Positions 10,192 through 19,846 of a stretch of DNA of 64,000 nucleotides are shown here, piece after piece (positions within the stretch are counted from its first letter, which is position 1; each line of letters begins with the position of its first letter). Location: assembly GCA_964507855.1 (NCBI GenBank), contig CAZDQS010000005.1, positions 6,599-70,598 on the forward strand, written 5' to 3'. The notes below the pieces were generated by a model that was not told the DNA's origin, did no database searches, and saw only the letters and a list, made by a program, of their open reading frames with translations. The position numbers were made by a program, and so were the translations under genes. Source of the DNA: an uncultured Candidatus Saccharibacteria bacterium (GTDB lineage Bacteria > Patescibacteriota > Saccharimonadia > Saccharimonadales > CAZDQS01).

Positions 10192-11628
10192 TTATATCTC
10201 GTCGATATCAGGCATGATACTCTGGCCGTACAGCTGCAATTCTTCAAGCAAATATTGCTGGTGAGCTGTCAGGTTCGGCTGCGCGGCAAGCTCCTGCAGG
10301 CGGGCAAAGTAACGCGCAAGGCGGCTCTGCTGCTTGCCACCCACAAGCCGCTGCGTGCGATACTTTTCCCATGCAGCACGCTCTTCATCAGAAAGTGATT
10401 TTGGAAAATTACGTGCTTTGTACAATGGCAGTAATGCCTGGAGTCGTTTGTCAGCCAACTTGTCTGAAAAGTCCATAACCTCCTGGGGTTTGGCAGCACG
10501 AACAGCACGCACAACAGTCTTATCCCGACTATCGATAAAGCCATCATACAACTGTCCGTCGACCTCCTGCTCACTGCTTATCCAGCTGGACTGCCGCTCT
10601 TTTTCAATGAGGCTGAGCGCTTCTAGGACGTGCGCCGGGAAGTCTTTTATTGCTGCTAGCTTTTTACGATTGGCTTCAATGACAGCGAGATCTAGCTGGA
10701 GCCGCTCCTGGCTGTCCTTATCCAGCACGCCAAGCGGCGCCACGGCAGGGCATTTGGTAAATACCAGTGGCTTTACCGGTAAGCGCACCCCTTCTTCATC
10801 ACGCCTCAGCCGCCAGACCTTCGCCACCTCCTGCGGCGTCATATCACTGAACTGGGAGGGGTCGTGGCGCAAATCATACACGAGCACGCCCTGCTGCTTC
10901 GGATGGTCGGCCAGCTTAACTGCAACGGTCGTCTTCTCTTGCTCGCTCGGATACCGACCGGAAGTATAGACAAACGGCTGCCCGGCATTAACTAGCTTTG
11001 CAACCTCCCGTTTGTCTCGAAGGCTTAATAAATACTCAAACAATTTCGTCTGCTTATTGTAGATTAATCGTGCAACAGCAATGCTCGCATGGACGTCACT
11101 CAGCGCATCGTGTGCGTTCGCGTGGTCAAGCTTGTTCACTGCAGTCAACAGCTCGAGTCGGTTTGTGGGTGCACCAGTACTGTCAAAAGGCCACTCTATA
11201 CCACCCGGACGAAGCGCCCGCGTCATCCGCACGACATCCAACAAATCCCACTTGCCTCGACCGTCTTGCCACTGCCATTCGTATGGGTCGTAGAAGTTGC
11301 GATAATGCAGGTAGCGCATGAATTCATCATCAAACCGTATGGAGTTAAAGCCAACAAAGATTGTGTCAGGAGTGGCAATCTCTTCATGGAACTGCTTTAG
11401 AAACGCTGCTTCGGTTATACCGTCTGCAATTGCAGCCTGTGGCGTGATACCCGTAATCAGCACAGCGTCGGGCTCCGGCACTATATCATCGGTAAGCTTG
11501 ATGAGTATGTTGAGTGGTTCACCGACAGGATTGAGCGCCATATCAGTCCGCTGGCCGGCAAACTGCATGATCCGCTGCTCACGCGGATTGACGCCCGAAG
11601 TCTCCAAGTCATAAAAATAAAACGTCAT
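10192..11628 (-). CDS. sbcB: Exodeoxyribonuclease I (SbcB)
   Basis: 478 aa, which is ExoI length. DEDDh exonuclease motifs are present: FYFYDLETSG, FVGFNSIRFDDEF and HDALSDV. Confidence 0.9.
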   Translation of the reverse strand: MTFYFYDLETSGVNPREQRIMQFAGQRTDMALNPVGEPLNILIKLTDDIVPEPDAVLITGITPQAAIADGITEAAFLKQFHEEIATPDTIFVGFNSIRFDDEFMRYLHYRNFYDPYEWQWQDGRGKWDLLDVVRMTRALRPGGIEWPFDSTGAPTNRLELLTAVNKLDHANAHDALSDVHASIAVARLIYNKQTKLFEYLLSLRDKREVAKLVNAGQPFVYTSGRYPSEQEKTTVAVKLADHPKQQGVLVYDLRHDPSQFSDMTPQEVAKVWRLRRDEEGVRLPVKPLVFTKCPAVAPLGVLDKDSQERLQLDLAVIEANRKKLAAIKDFPAHVLEALSLIEKERQSSWISSEQEVDGQLYDGFIDSRDKTVVRAVRAAKPQEVMDFSDKLADKRLQALLPLYKARNFPKSLSDEERAAWEKYRTQRLVGGKQQSRLARYFARLQELAAQPNLTAHQQYLLEELQLYGQSIMPDIDEI

Positions 11629-11682
11629 ACCACTTTAGGATATGACGTTTTACGATGTAACGCTAGCGATTATGCGTGTAGT

Positions 11683-14025
11683 CTAGAACGATACCGGACG
11701 GAGTCGCCGGATGACCACGTAGGCACCAGCTGGAGTTGCCAGAACAAGTGCGCTTAGCCCAGCAAAGGCTACGTTGAGCGTTCGGCCGGATGCACCTGCC
11801 CATGGTCGGAGTACTGCGTTGCGGACCCGTTCAAAGGTGCCCAGGTCGTTCTTCACCTCGACCGGCGTTACCGTCGTGGTCCTGCCACCGCCGCGGTCGA
11901 CACGAGTCACCTCAAGCTCACATTCGCCGTTCGGCATTGTTGTTGTGTCAACTTCCGTCTCAAATGGTGCGCTTGATGACCTAACCGTTTGACCATTACA
12001 GAGAGTGACCTCTACTCGCTCCACTTCGCTTTCTTCATTCTTCGGAACACCAGGGCCGACAACACTTGGACCGGATATGGTCGTACCTGGCGTCACGCGG
12101 ACTGGCTCAGCGTTCGGATTCTTCGGCTTGACTGTCACGGGTGGCTTGTTTGGCTTCGGGTTTTCGGGTTGCTGTGATGGGTCGGGGTCAGGATCAGGAT
12201 CAGGGTCGGGGTCAGGATCTGGTGCTGGCGTAGGAGCCGCGTTCGTGGTAACCACAAGTTGCGTGCTTTGTGCGCTCACATTATCTGCCCAGTCCTTTGC
12301 CGCTACCGTGTAGGTATATGTGGTGGAAGGAGAAACACCAGTGTCTTTGTAGGAGTTTGTGGCAGTTGTAGCAATCTCTTCACTATTTCGGTACACGATG
12401 TATGCTACATCTTCACCCTGCTTGTTGTCCGTACTTTTGTTCCAGACAAGTCCTACTTCGTTATGTGAGTACGCACTTGTTTTCAGGCCAGTTGGCACTG
12501 AAGGAGCTTCGGTATCAGGCTGTTCGGCGGGTGGTGCATTGACCGTTACGTGTACTACGTTACTTTCCGTCTCATTGCCTGCTGCGTCGCGTACGACCAC
12601 CCGGAAGGCAATACTGCCGCTTAAGCCCTCTGTCTCGAAGTTATGATTATAGGGGCTGCTTGTGTCAGTCTTCAGTAGCACGTTACCGTTGTAGAACTTC
12701 ACGGATTCGATATCTCCGCTGTCATCAGTAACTACGGCCACGAGGTCAATATTAGTGCCTGCAGTTACCGTAGTTGGGAAAGCCGTAAAGGATGTTACTA
12801 CCGGTGGAGTCGTGTCAGCTGGATCATTTACCGTCAAGGTCTTCGGAGCGCTGGTCGTGTTGTTGCCAGCCTCATCATACGCCTTTGCTGTCAGATTATG
12901 TGTACCGGCAGCTACGCTTGTCGTTGAGTAAGTATAGCTCCAATTCGGGCCTGTTGTATCAGTATGTATCAGCTGCGTACCGTTATAGAACTCGACTTTA
13001 GTTACACCCTCATTGTCCGATGCTGTAGCTGTGAGCGTCACACTCTCGCCGGCAGTGATCGTAGCCGGGCTCACCGTCAGATTAACATTAGTCGGCGCCT
13101 CGGTATCAGGTTCTTCAACTTGTTCTTCGTTTACTGTTATCGTGACGGGGCTACTGTCAGCGTTATTGCCAGCTGCATCAAATGCACGGGCAAAAACAGC
13201 ATGTTGACCAGACTTGCCTGTCGTACTGTAACTATGTGTATATGGTGCGTTTGTGTCCTCGCCGAGCTTGGTCGAGCCTTCGTAGAACTCTATCCTTTGG
13301 ATACCAACGTTATCTTGGGCGGTAGCCGTGAGGGTTACCGACTCTCCTGCCGTAACTGTTGTCGGTTCGGCACTGATTGTTACTTCGGTTGGCTTGGTCG
13401 TATCGGGCGGCGCAGAAAGAGCAACCGTTGCACTTTGCTTCGTGCCCGCCTCGTTAATAAACTGCGTAGGATTGTCGGGATCAACGCGCGTCAACTGGGT
13501 TTCGCTACCAAAAGCCACGCTTGCACTACCACTGCTTGCAAGTGCCTTGAAGGTCACCTTAGCAATAAGCTTGTCTCCGGATATTAGGCTCGTATGATAG
13601 CGCATAATCGTCACACTGCCGCTGCCGCCAGTGCTGACAACATCATTCGGAAATGCGCTCTCAGTTCCATCGATTGAAACAAATTGCAGCAAGTTTGACG
13701 GATAGTTGAGGTATACTTCTACACCATCAACGCCCACCGGACTATCCATACGTACGTCAAGCGTTACATTTTGGCCTTCTACAACAGTTGGGCTTGCCGG
13801 GACGAGTGAAAGCGTCGCACTTCCTGCTGCGCGAGTCTGCAACCAGATGAAAAACGCACCCACTACGCCTAAGGTTATGGCGAGTACAAGATAGGTCTTC
13901 CAGGGACGGGTTTTTGAGGCGAATAGGCTTTTGCGGGCTGTTTTACTGCTGGTTCTTGATGTTCGTGCCGCCATGGTGCTCGGGTTCCTTTTCTTTCCTT
14001 GTGATTTTTTGTGTTGAGTTTTCAT
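11683..14025 (-). CDS. Surface protein: N-terminal signal-anchor, cohesin-like domain, 3 tandem Ig-like repeats, FN3, (PD)7 linker, Ig-like domain and C-terminal TM tail
   Basis: 780 aa. The basic N-terminus and TM end in WLQTRAAGSATLSL. The cohesin-like block spans aa ~68-182 (G.NVTLDVRM...VDGVEVYLNYP..LQFVSID...GDKLIAKVTFKALASSG). Three ~95-aa repeats carry T.TAGESVTLTATA.DN.G....EFY.G. An FN3-like block (PTGL...YIVYRN...YTYTVAAKD) follows. The C-terminus is LRPWAGASGRTLN, a TM helix, then IRRLRPVSF. Confidence 0.85.
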   Translation of the reverse strand: MKTQHKKSQGKKRNPSTMAARTSRTSSKTARKSLFASKTRPWKTYLVLAITLGVVGAFFIWLQTRAAGSATLSLVPASPTVVEGQNVTLDVRMDSPVGVDGVEVYLNYPSNLLQFVSIDGTESAFPNDVVSTGGSGSVTIMRYHTSLISGDKLIAKVTFKALASSGSASVAFGSETQLTRVDPDNPTQFINEAGTKQSATVALSAPPDTTKPTEVTISAEPTTVTAGESVTLTATAQDNVGIQRIEFYEGSTKLGEDTNAPYTHSYSTTGKSGQHAVFARAFDAAGNNADSSPVTITVNEEQVEEPDTEAPTNVNLTVSPATITAGESVTLTATASDNEGVTKVEFYNGTQLIHTDTTGPNWSYTYSTTSVAAGTHNLTAKAYDEAGNNTTSAPKTLTVNDPADTTPPVVTSFTAFPTTVTAGTNIDLVAVVTDDSGDIESVKFYNGNVLLKTDTSSPYNHNFETEGLSGSIAFRVVVRDAAGNETESNVVHVTVNAPPAEQPDTEAPSVPTGLKTSAYSHNEVGLVWNKSTDNKQGEDVAYIVYRNSEEIATTATNSYKDTGVSPSTTYTYTVAAKDWADNVSAQSTQLVVTTNAAPTPAPDPDPDPDPDPDPDPSQQPENPKPNKPPVTVKPKNPNAEPVRVTPGTTISGPSVVGPGVPKNEESEVERVEVTLCNGQTVRSSSAPFETEVDTTTMPNGECELEVTRVDRGGGRTTTVTPVEVKNDLGTFERVRNAVLRPWAGASGRTLNVAFAGLSALVLATPAGAYVVIRRLRPVSF
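12178..12222 (-). repeat. Hexanucleotide (GAYCCN)-type tandem repeat encoding the (Pro-Asp)7 linker
   Basis: The plus strand reads tgggtcggggtcaggatcaggatcagggtcggggtcaggatctgg, which on the minus strand encodes PDPDPDPDPDPDPDP. Confidence 0.9.
12532..13395 (-). repeat. Three tandem in-frame Ig-like domain repeats of ~95 aa each, inside the 780-aa surface protein
   Basis: By hand alignment, aa 211-498 form three copies of P..V.....P.T.TAG..V.L.A...D..G....(E/K)FY.G......D...P......T.......H......A.D.AGN.....P.T.TVN. Confidence 0.8.
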
Positions 14026-14043
14026 GCTGTTTCTTCTTATGCG

Positions 14044-14889
14044 CTATAAGCTTCGGAGCGCATTTGTGACGATGGAGACATCACCGATGGTAATCTTGCC
14101 GTCACCGTTCAGGTCACCATTACCTCGGGTTACTGTTGCAGGTGGATTGCGTAAGCTGTTTAGGATGATTGAGATATCACCGATAGTAACTCGCCCGTCA
14201 CCATTTACGTCACCGATGACTTCTGTGTCACCACCAGAGAAGGTAATCGTGCTGTTCGTCTTTCCGCCCAGGATATCACTGCTATCTGTTGAACGGGCCA
14301 CTATAGAGCCATTATCGATGGAAACTGTGGCGGTGCCTGAACTTGCCAGTGCCTTGAACGTAACTCTTGCTATTAGCTTGTCGCCACTGATACTCTTTGT
14401 GCTACTCTCGGGGTCAGCATAACGTACGATGGTGACCTTTCCGTTACCGCCCGTACACCAGTTCGGGATGGGGTTACTTTGATGTTCCACACACTTCGAG
14501 AGCGCGCTGTTAGTGCTATCAATGCCGACAAACTCCAGCTTGTCCGTAGGATAGGTAAGGCTGGTATGGACAACATTGACCGGATCGCTACCGCTATTCA
14601 TACGGAGGTCAACAGTTACGTTCGATCCAGCCTCTACACTCGCAGAACTCAATGTCAGTGTCGCGTTGCCGGCTGCATAGCTTCTGGTCAAGAGGATTGC
14701 TGCCGCAATAACGCCTACGCCAACCAGCCCAAGAGCAATAAGCTTCCATGGCTTTGCTTTCTGTGTAGGGAACAGTCTACTGCGGCTGGTTTTGCTGGAT
14801 TTTTTTGATTTCACTGTTTGGTTCCTTTGCTTTATGCTGTGCTTCTTAGTGGCGTGTCCTTTTGATGTAGTCTGTCTTCGTGCTGGCAT
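14044..14889 (-). CDS. Surface protein: N-terminal signal-anchor, cohesin-like domain and C-terminal type-I-like dockerin
   Basis: 281 aa. It has the same N-terminal architecture as its neighbours (TRSYAAGNATLTLSSASVEAGSNVTVDLRMNS...GDKLIARVTFKALASSG). The C-terminus has two calcium-loop-like segments, GDVNGDGRVTIGDISIILNSL and GDLNGDGKITIGDVSIVTNAL, which is the dockerin duplicated F-hand pattern. Confidence 0.8.
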   Translation of the reverse strand: MPARRQTTSKGHATKKHSIKQRNQTVKSKKSSKTSRSRLFPTQKAKPWKLIALGLVGVGVIAAAILLTRSYAAGNATLTLSSASVEAGSNVTVDLRMNSGSDPVNVVHTSLTYPTDKLEFVGIDSTNSALSKCVEHQSNPIPNWCTGGNGKVTIVRYADPESSTKSISGDKLIARVTFKALASSGTATVSIDNGSIVARSTDSSDILGGKTNSTITFSGGDTEVIGDVNGDGRVTIGDISIILNSLRNPPATVTRGNGDLNGDGKITIGDVSIVTNALRSL

Positions 14890-15152
14890 TTTGTTTATCC
14901 ATACTTCCCGTTAAATCAACAGCATGCACAGCAACTTCTCAGAATGACGCACGACAGAAGCACGACCTATATACTCCTGCCTGCCAACTAGTGGCTTTTG
15001 GTCTTCTTTGCTACTACTGTGTTTAGTTTTCATATCGTGGTTACGCATGGTTCGCATGCTCGTTAATACTTACCACTACTGTAGCGCACTTCATGCAGGC
15101 GTCAATAGTTTTTATGCTTACTTTTGTGTTTTTCAGAGTTTGCATAGGTACC

Positions 15153-16361
15153 TCAGAAGGAGATTGGTTTAAACCTCCGGATTGCTAGCACAGCGCCAAC
15201 GGCCAGTACCCCCAGGGCAGGTACCGAAATTATGGCATTCAGCACCCGACCTGATGTCCCTGCCCACGGCTTCAAGATTGAGTTCCGGACTGTCTCAAAA
15301 GCACTTAATTTGTTGTCGATCGTAACTTCACGGCTCGATACAGTCGTTGAGTCATCGGCATTCACGGTACGCAACGTAATGGTATAAGCCCCGTTCGCGA
15401 ACGTCGTCGTATCCAGATCTGTTTCAAAAGGCGCCTTCTTCATTGTTGTTACCAGGCGGCCGTTTACAAGCAACTCGACCCGTTCGGTATTTGCATCTGC
15501 AGTTTTGCTCTTTACCTTTATGACACCGGATATTTTATCCAGCTCGTTGAGGCTATTGAGCTCGTCGTTCACATCATCGGTATTTCCGCCACCGGACGAA
15601 TCATCGCCTGCGTCGTCTGAATTGCCCTGCTGATCTTCACCTGAATCATCAGAAGAGCCCGGCTGGTTACTTCCGCCGCCCGCTGATGGCCTCGGCGAAG
15701 TAGGTGCTGGAGATGGCGATCCGGAAGGAGGAGTCGGGTTGGTCGGTGGATTCGGTGTTGCAGGCGGCGGAGAAGGTGGTGGCGTGCTTGATTGTGTCGT
15801 AAAGGTAACGGTTGCGCCGTTCATAACACCTGCTTCGTTAATAAACTGTGTGGGATTGTCAGGATCGGCGTGTGTCAGCTCGGTATTGGCACCGAAAGTT
15901 ACATTGGCGCTGCCAGTGCTTGCCAGCGCTTTGAAAGTAACGCGCGCAATGAAAACATTGCCGCTTACGAGGCTTGTGGAGTAGCGTATAACTGTTATGG
16001 ATCCGCTGCCACCGCTATTGACAACATCTATCGGAAAGGCGCTGCCGGACGTGCTTGTAGAAACAAACTGAAGGTGGGTCGCAGGATAACTAAGATATAT
16101 CTCCGCGCCGTCGACGCCAACCGGACTGTTCATGCGTATATCAAACGAGACATTTTGTCCGGTTACGACTGTTGGACTGGCGGGAGAAAGAGACAGGGTA
16201 GCGCTCCCAGCGGCTCGGGTCTGGAACCAAAAGAAGAGGACGAGAACGGCGCCCAAGGCAATAAGCAATACAGATAACGGGCCCCATGACTTAGCCTTAT
16301 ACTTGCTTGGAAGAACTGATGTTTTGCGGGCTCTGGATACTTTTTTGTTTCGGGATGCCAT
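15153..16361 (-). CDS. Surface protein: N-terminal signal-anchor, cohesin-like domain, Pro-rich and acidic linkers, Ig-like domain and C-terminal TM tail
   Basis: 402 aa. Starts FWFQTRAAGSATLSLSPASPTVVTGQNVSFDIRMNSPVGVDG.... Has a PPPSPPPATPNPPTNPTPPSGSPSPAPTSP linker. The C-terminal domain and tail are homologous to those of the 780-aa protein (APFETDLDTTTFANG...ETVRNSILKPWAGTSGRVLN, a TM helix, then IRRFKPISF). Confidence 0.85.
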   Translation of the reverse strand: MASRNKKVSRARKTSVLPSKYKAKSWGPLSVLLIALGAVLVLFFWFQTRAAGSATLSLSPASPTVVTGQNVSFDIRMNSPVGVDGAEIYLSYPATHLQFVSTSTSGSAFPIDVVNSGGSGSITVIRYSTSLVSGNVFIARVTFKALASTGSANVTFGANTELTHADPDNPTQFINEAGVMNGATVTFTTQSSTPPPSPPPATPNPPTNPTPPSGSPSPAPTSPRPSAGGGSNQPGSSDDSGEDQQGNSDDAGDDSSGGGNTDDVNDELNSLNELDKISGVIKVKSKTADANTERVELLVNGRLVTTMKKAPFETDLDTTTFANGAYTITLRTVNADDSTTVSSREVTIDNKLSAFETVRNSILKPWAGTSGRVLNAIISVPALGVLAVGAVLAIRRFKPISF

Positions 16362-16467
16362 CCTAATTTATCCTGTTATTGGTTTACTTTTTGCTTAAGG
16401 TAAGTGTAAACGTTTTTTGCGATAACCACAAGCCTAAAGCCTAGCTGCCCTCATGGAGCTTATTGGC

Positions 16468-17133
16468 TTACTTTTTGTTGCCTTTGCCTTTGCCTTTGCC
16501 CTTGCCGCCACCGCCATTGTCGCTGTTTCCGCTGTTGCCAGCATTCTGCTTAGAGAGCTTGACTGTTGCCCCGTTCTTGTCGCCAAGTTCATTGATGTAC
16601 TGCGAAGGATTTTGTGGGTCCGCCCTTGTAAGCTCGCTTTCTGATCCAAATCCAACGGTTGCACTACCCTTGTTGCCCAGCGCCTTAAACGTTACTGTCG
16701 CAATCAGCTGGTCACCGCTTATCAGCTCAGAAGCATATCGCATGATAGTAACCCGCCCTTCGCCGCCGCTGCTAAACGCTTCCGATGGGAAGGCACTGTT
16801 ACTGGTATCGGTAGTAACGTATTCCAGCTGCTTGGTCGGGTACTGAAGATACGCAGCTGCTCCATCAACCCCTACCGAACTATTCATTCGAACCTCAAAG
16901 CTCACGGTGCTATTCTGTGCCACCGATGTGCTCAAAGGGGATAGATAGAGGGTGGCATTCCCAGCTGCACGGGTCTGGAACCAGAATAGTGCGGCCGTCA
17001 TAACCCCAGCGACTATGGCAAGAATATAGAGCGGTAGCCGTGAAGCGGCTGCACGATTACGCGGGAAAATTTCACGTCGACGAGTCGTTACAGAGCCCTT
17101 GCTACTCTTTGTATTTTTTTGTTGCTTTGGCAT
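16468..17133 (-). CDS. Short cohesin-like surface protein with a Gly/Lys-rich C-terminus
   Basis: 221 aa. Contains FWFQTRAAGNATLYLSPLSTSVAQNSTVSFEVRMNSSVGVDG...GDQLIATVTFKALGNKG and ends GGGGKGKGKGKGNKK. A GAGGAAA Shine-Dalgarno lies 5 nt upstream of the ATG. Confidence 0.8.
   Translation of the reverse strand: MPKQQKNTKSSKGSVTTRRREIFPRNRAAASRLPLYILAIVAGVMTAALFWFQTRAAGNATLYLSPLSTSVAQNSTVSFEVRMNSSVGVDGAAAYLQYPTKQLEYVTTDTSNSAFPSEAFSSGGEGRVTIMRYASELISGDQLIATVTFKALGNKGSATVGFGSESELTRADPQNPSQYINELGDKNGATVKLSKQNAGNSGNSDNGGGGKGKGKGKGNKK
16480..16507 (-). repeat. Hexanucleotide (GCCTTT)3-4 tandem repeat encoding the (Gly-Lys)n tail
   Basis: The plus strand reads gcctttgcctttgcctttgcccttgcc. The repeat is in-frame, so slippage would change the tail length but not the reading frame. 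Confidence 0.85.
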
Positions 17134-17212
17134 TTTAATTTCCTCTGGCAGGAGATTACATTTGTTCAGACTTAATTAAAAGCCATTTTTATTATAATCA
17201 CAAGCACTATTG

Positions 17213-18538
<1,326 letters not shown>

Positions 18539-18541
18539 TCA

Positions 18542-19693
18542 TTAGTAAATGTATGAGTAGATGCCGACCTGGTTTGCGGGGATAATGCGGGTGCTTGTCC
18601 GGCCCCAACCTCCAGCAGCATTCATTTCCGAAATCTCGATGCTGCCATCTGCGAAAACCTGTTCGACGAAGCCAACGTGGCCATAGTAGTTCGTCGGCGG
18701 GAACCAAATAACCGCATGCTGTGCCGGTACATTGCCGACACCGAGGCCCGCTCGCTGAGCAAGCGTTTTCCAGGTGCTGGCGTTGCCGAGGTTGCTCGGA
18801 ATTGGCTTGCCGACCTGGGCCCGGCGGATAGCCGCCCACCAGGTACAGTAGCCGTAGTCATAGCCGTTGCCGGCATAGATTGGCGTATAGCCGCCCCAGG
18901 CAAAGCTGCTGAAGACGCTGGCAGCGGTGGTTGCTGGTTGCGGCAAGCTACCATCAGGAATAATGACGCGCTCACCAACTGGCAAGCCGCTCAATTCTGC
19001 ATCATTATAGGCAACGATTTGGTCTTTGCTTGCCCGATAGCGGGTCGCCAGAGAATCAACCGTATCACCCTGCTTAACTTCATAGACAATGCCATTAACG
19101 CCAGGTAGCACCCATACTTCCGTTCCGGCAGCAACCGTCTCACCGCGCAAACCATTCGACCATCGAATAGTGTCCGATGTCACATTAAACTTCGATGCAA
19201 TACTCGAAACAGTATCGCCATCTACCGCAACATACTTGATGATATCCTTGCGGGATTTGAGGGCAGTCGCGACAATCTGTGGCTTGGCGACGACCTTTTC
19301 ATCAGAAGCGACAATACCAAGCTGCGCGTTAATGGAGTCAGCATTGGTAATAACCGCCTGTAACTCATCGAGCCGCGCCATCGATGCAAGATGCACAGCA
19401 ATATCCGCGGATGACACCTGGTCGAGCGGGTTTGTGGCAAGTGTCGACTGGGATGACAACAACGCATTCTGCGTGACATTGGAGCGTTCATTACGCGACC
19501 CGTAGACCACGAACACCGCCACAGCAATCAGTACCACGATATTTACAGATAGTAGACCATAGCGAATAGCCCGCCGGCGCGTTGTTTTACGCCGCAGGCG
19601 CGGAAACAGCTTATGGAGCAGCCCGCCGCCGACAGGATTTAGCCTGGCGGCGAAACTTTGTTCCGGCTGGGGTTGTGAGTGACTAATATGCAA
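18542..19693 (-). CDS. Membrane-anchored peptidoglycan hydrolase with two LysM domains and a C-terminal CHAP domain
   Basis: 383 aa. Has an N-terminal TM helix and two LysM repeats (YVAVDGDTVSSIASKFNVTSDTIRWSN and YEVKQGDTVDSLATRYRASKDQIVAYN). The CHAP catalytic Cys/His context is present (GYCTWWAAIRR and GHVGFVE). Confidence 0.9.
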   Translation of the reverse strand: MHISHSQPQPEQSFAARLNPVGGGLLHKLFPRLRRKTTRRRAIRYGLLSVNIVVLIAVAVFVVYGSRNERSNVTQNALLSSQSTLATNPLDQVSSADIAVHLASMARLDELQAVITNADSINAQLGIVASDEKVVAKPQIVATALKSRKDIIKYVAVDGDTVSSIASKFNVTSDTIRWSNGLRGETVAAGTEVWVLPGVNGIVYEVKQGDTVDSLATRYRASKDQIVAYNDAELSGLPVGERVIIPDGSLPQPATTAASVFSSFAWGGYTPIYAGNGYDYGYCTWWAAIRRAQVGKPIPSNLGNASTWKTLAQRAGLGVGNVPAQHAVIWFPPTNYYGHVGFVEQVFADGSIEISEMNAAGGWGRTSTRIIPANQVGIYSYIY

Positions 19694-19846
19694 CTCCTTG
19701 GTGATACGCTGTCATGCGAAGATTAGAAGCCTTGCAAGAAACAGCGAGTAGCTCGCAACTCTGCTGATTGATCAGGGAGAACTGCTCGCTACTGGTCAAA
19801 ATTATAACAAAATCGTCAATACCGGGCAAAGTTGCCACCCCTTGTG

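Noticed and set aside
12178-12222. Short tandem repeats considered as a possible CRISPR or other non-coding array
   Set aside because: The repeat unit is 6 nt, there are no spacers, and the repeats are in-frame inside a long ORF where they encode a (PD)7 linker. No CRISPR-like repeat-spacer structure was seen anywhere in the window.
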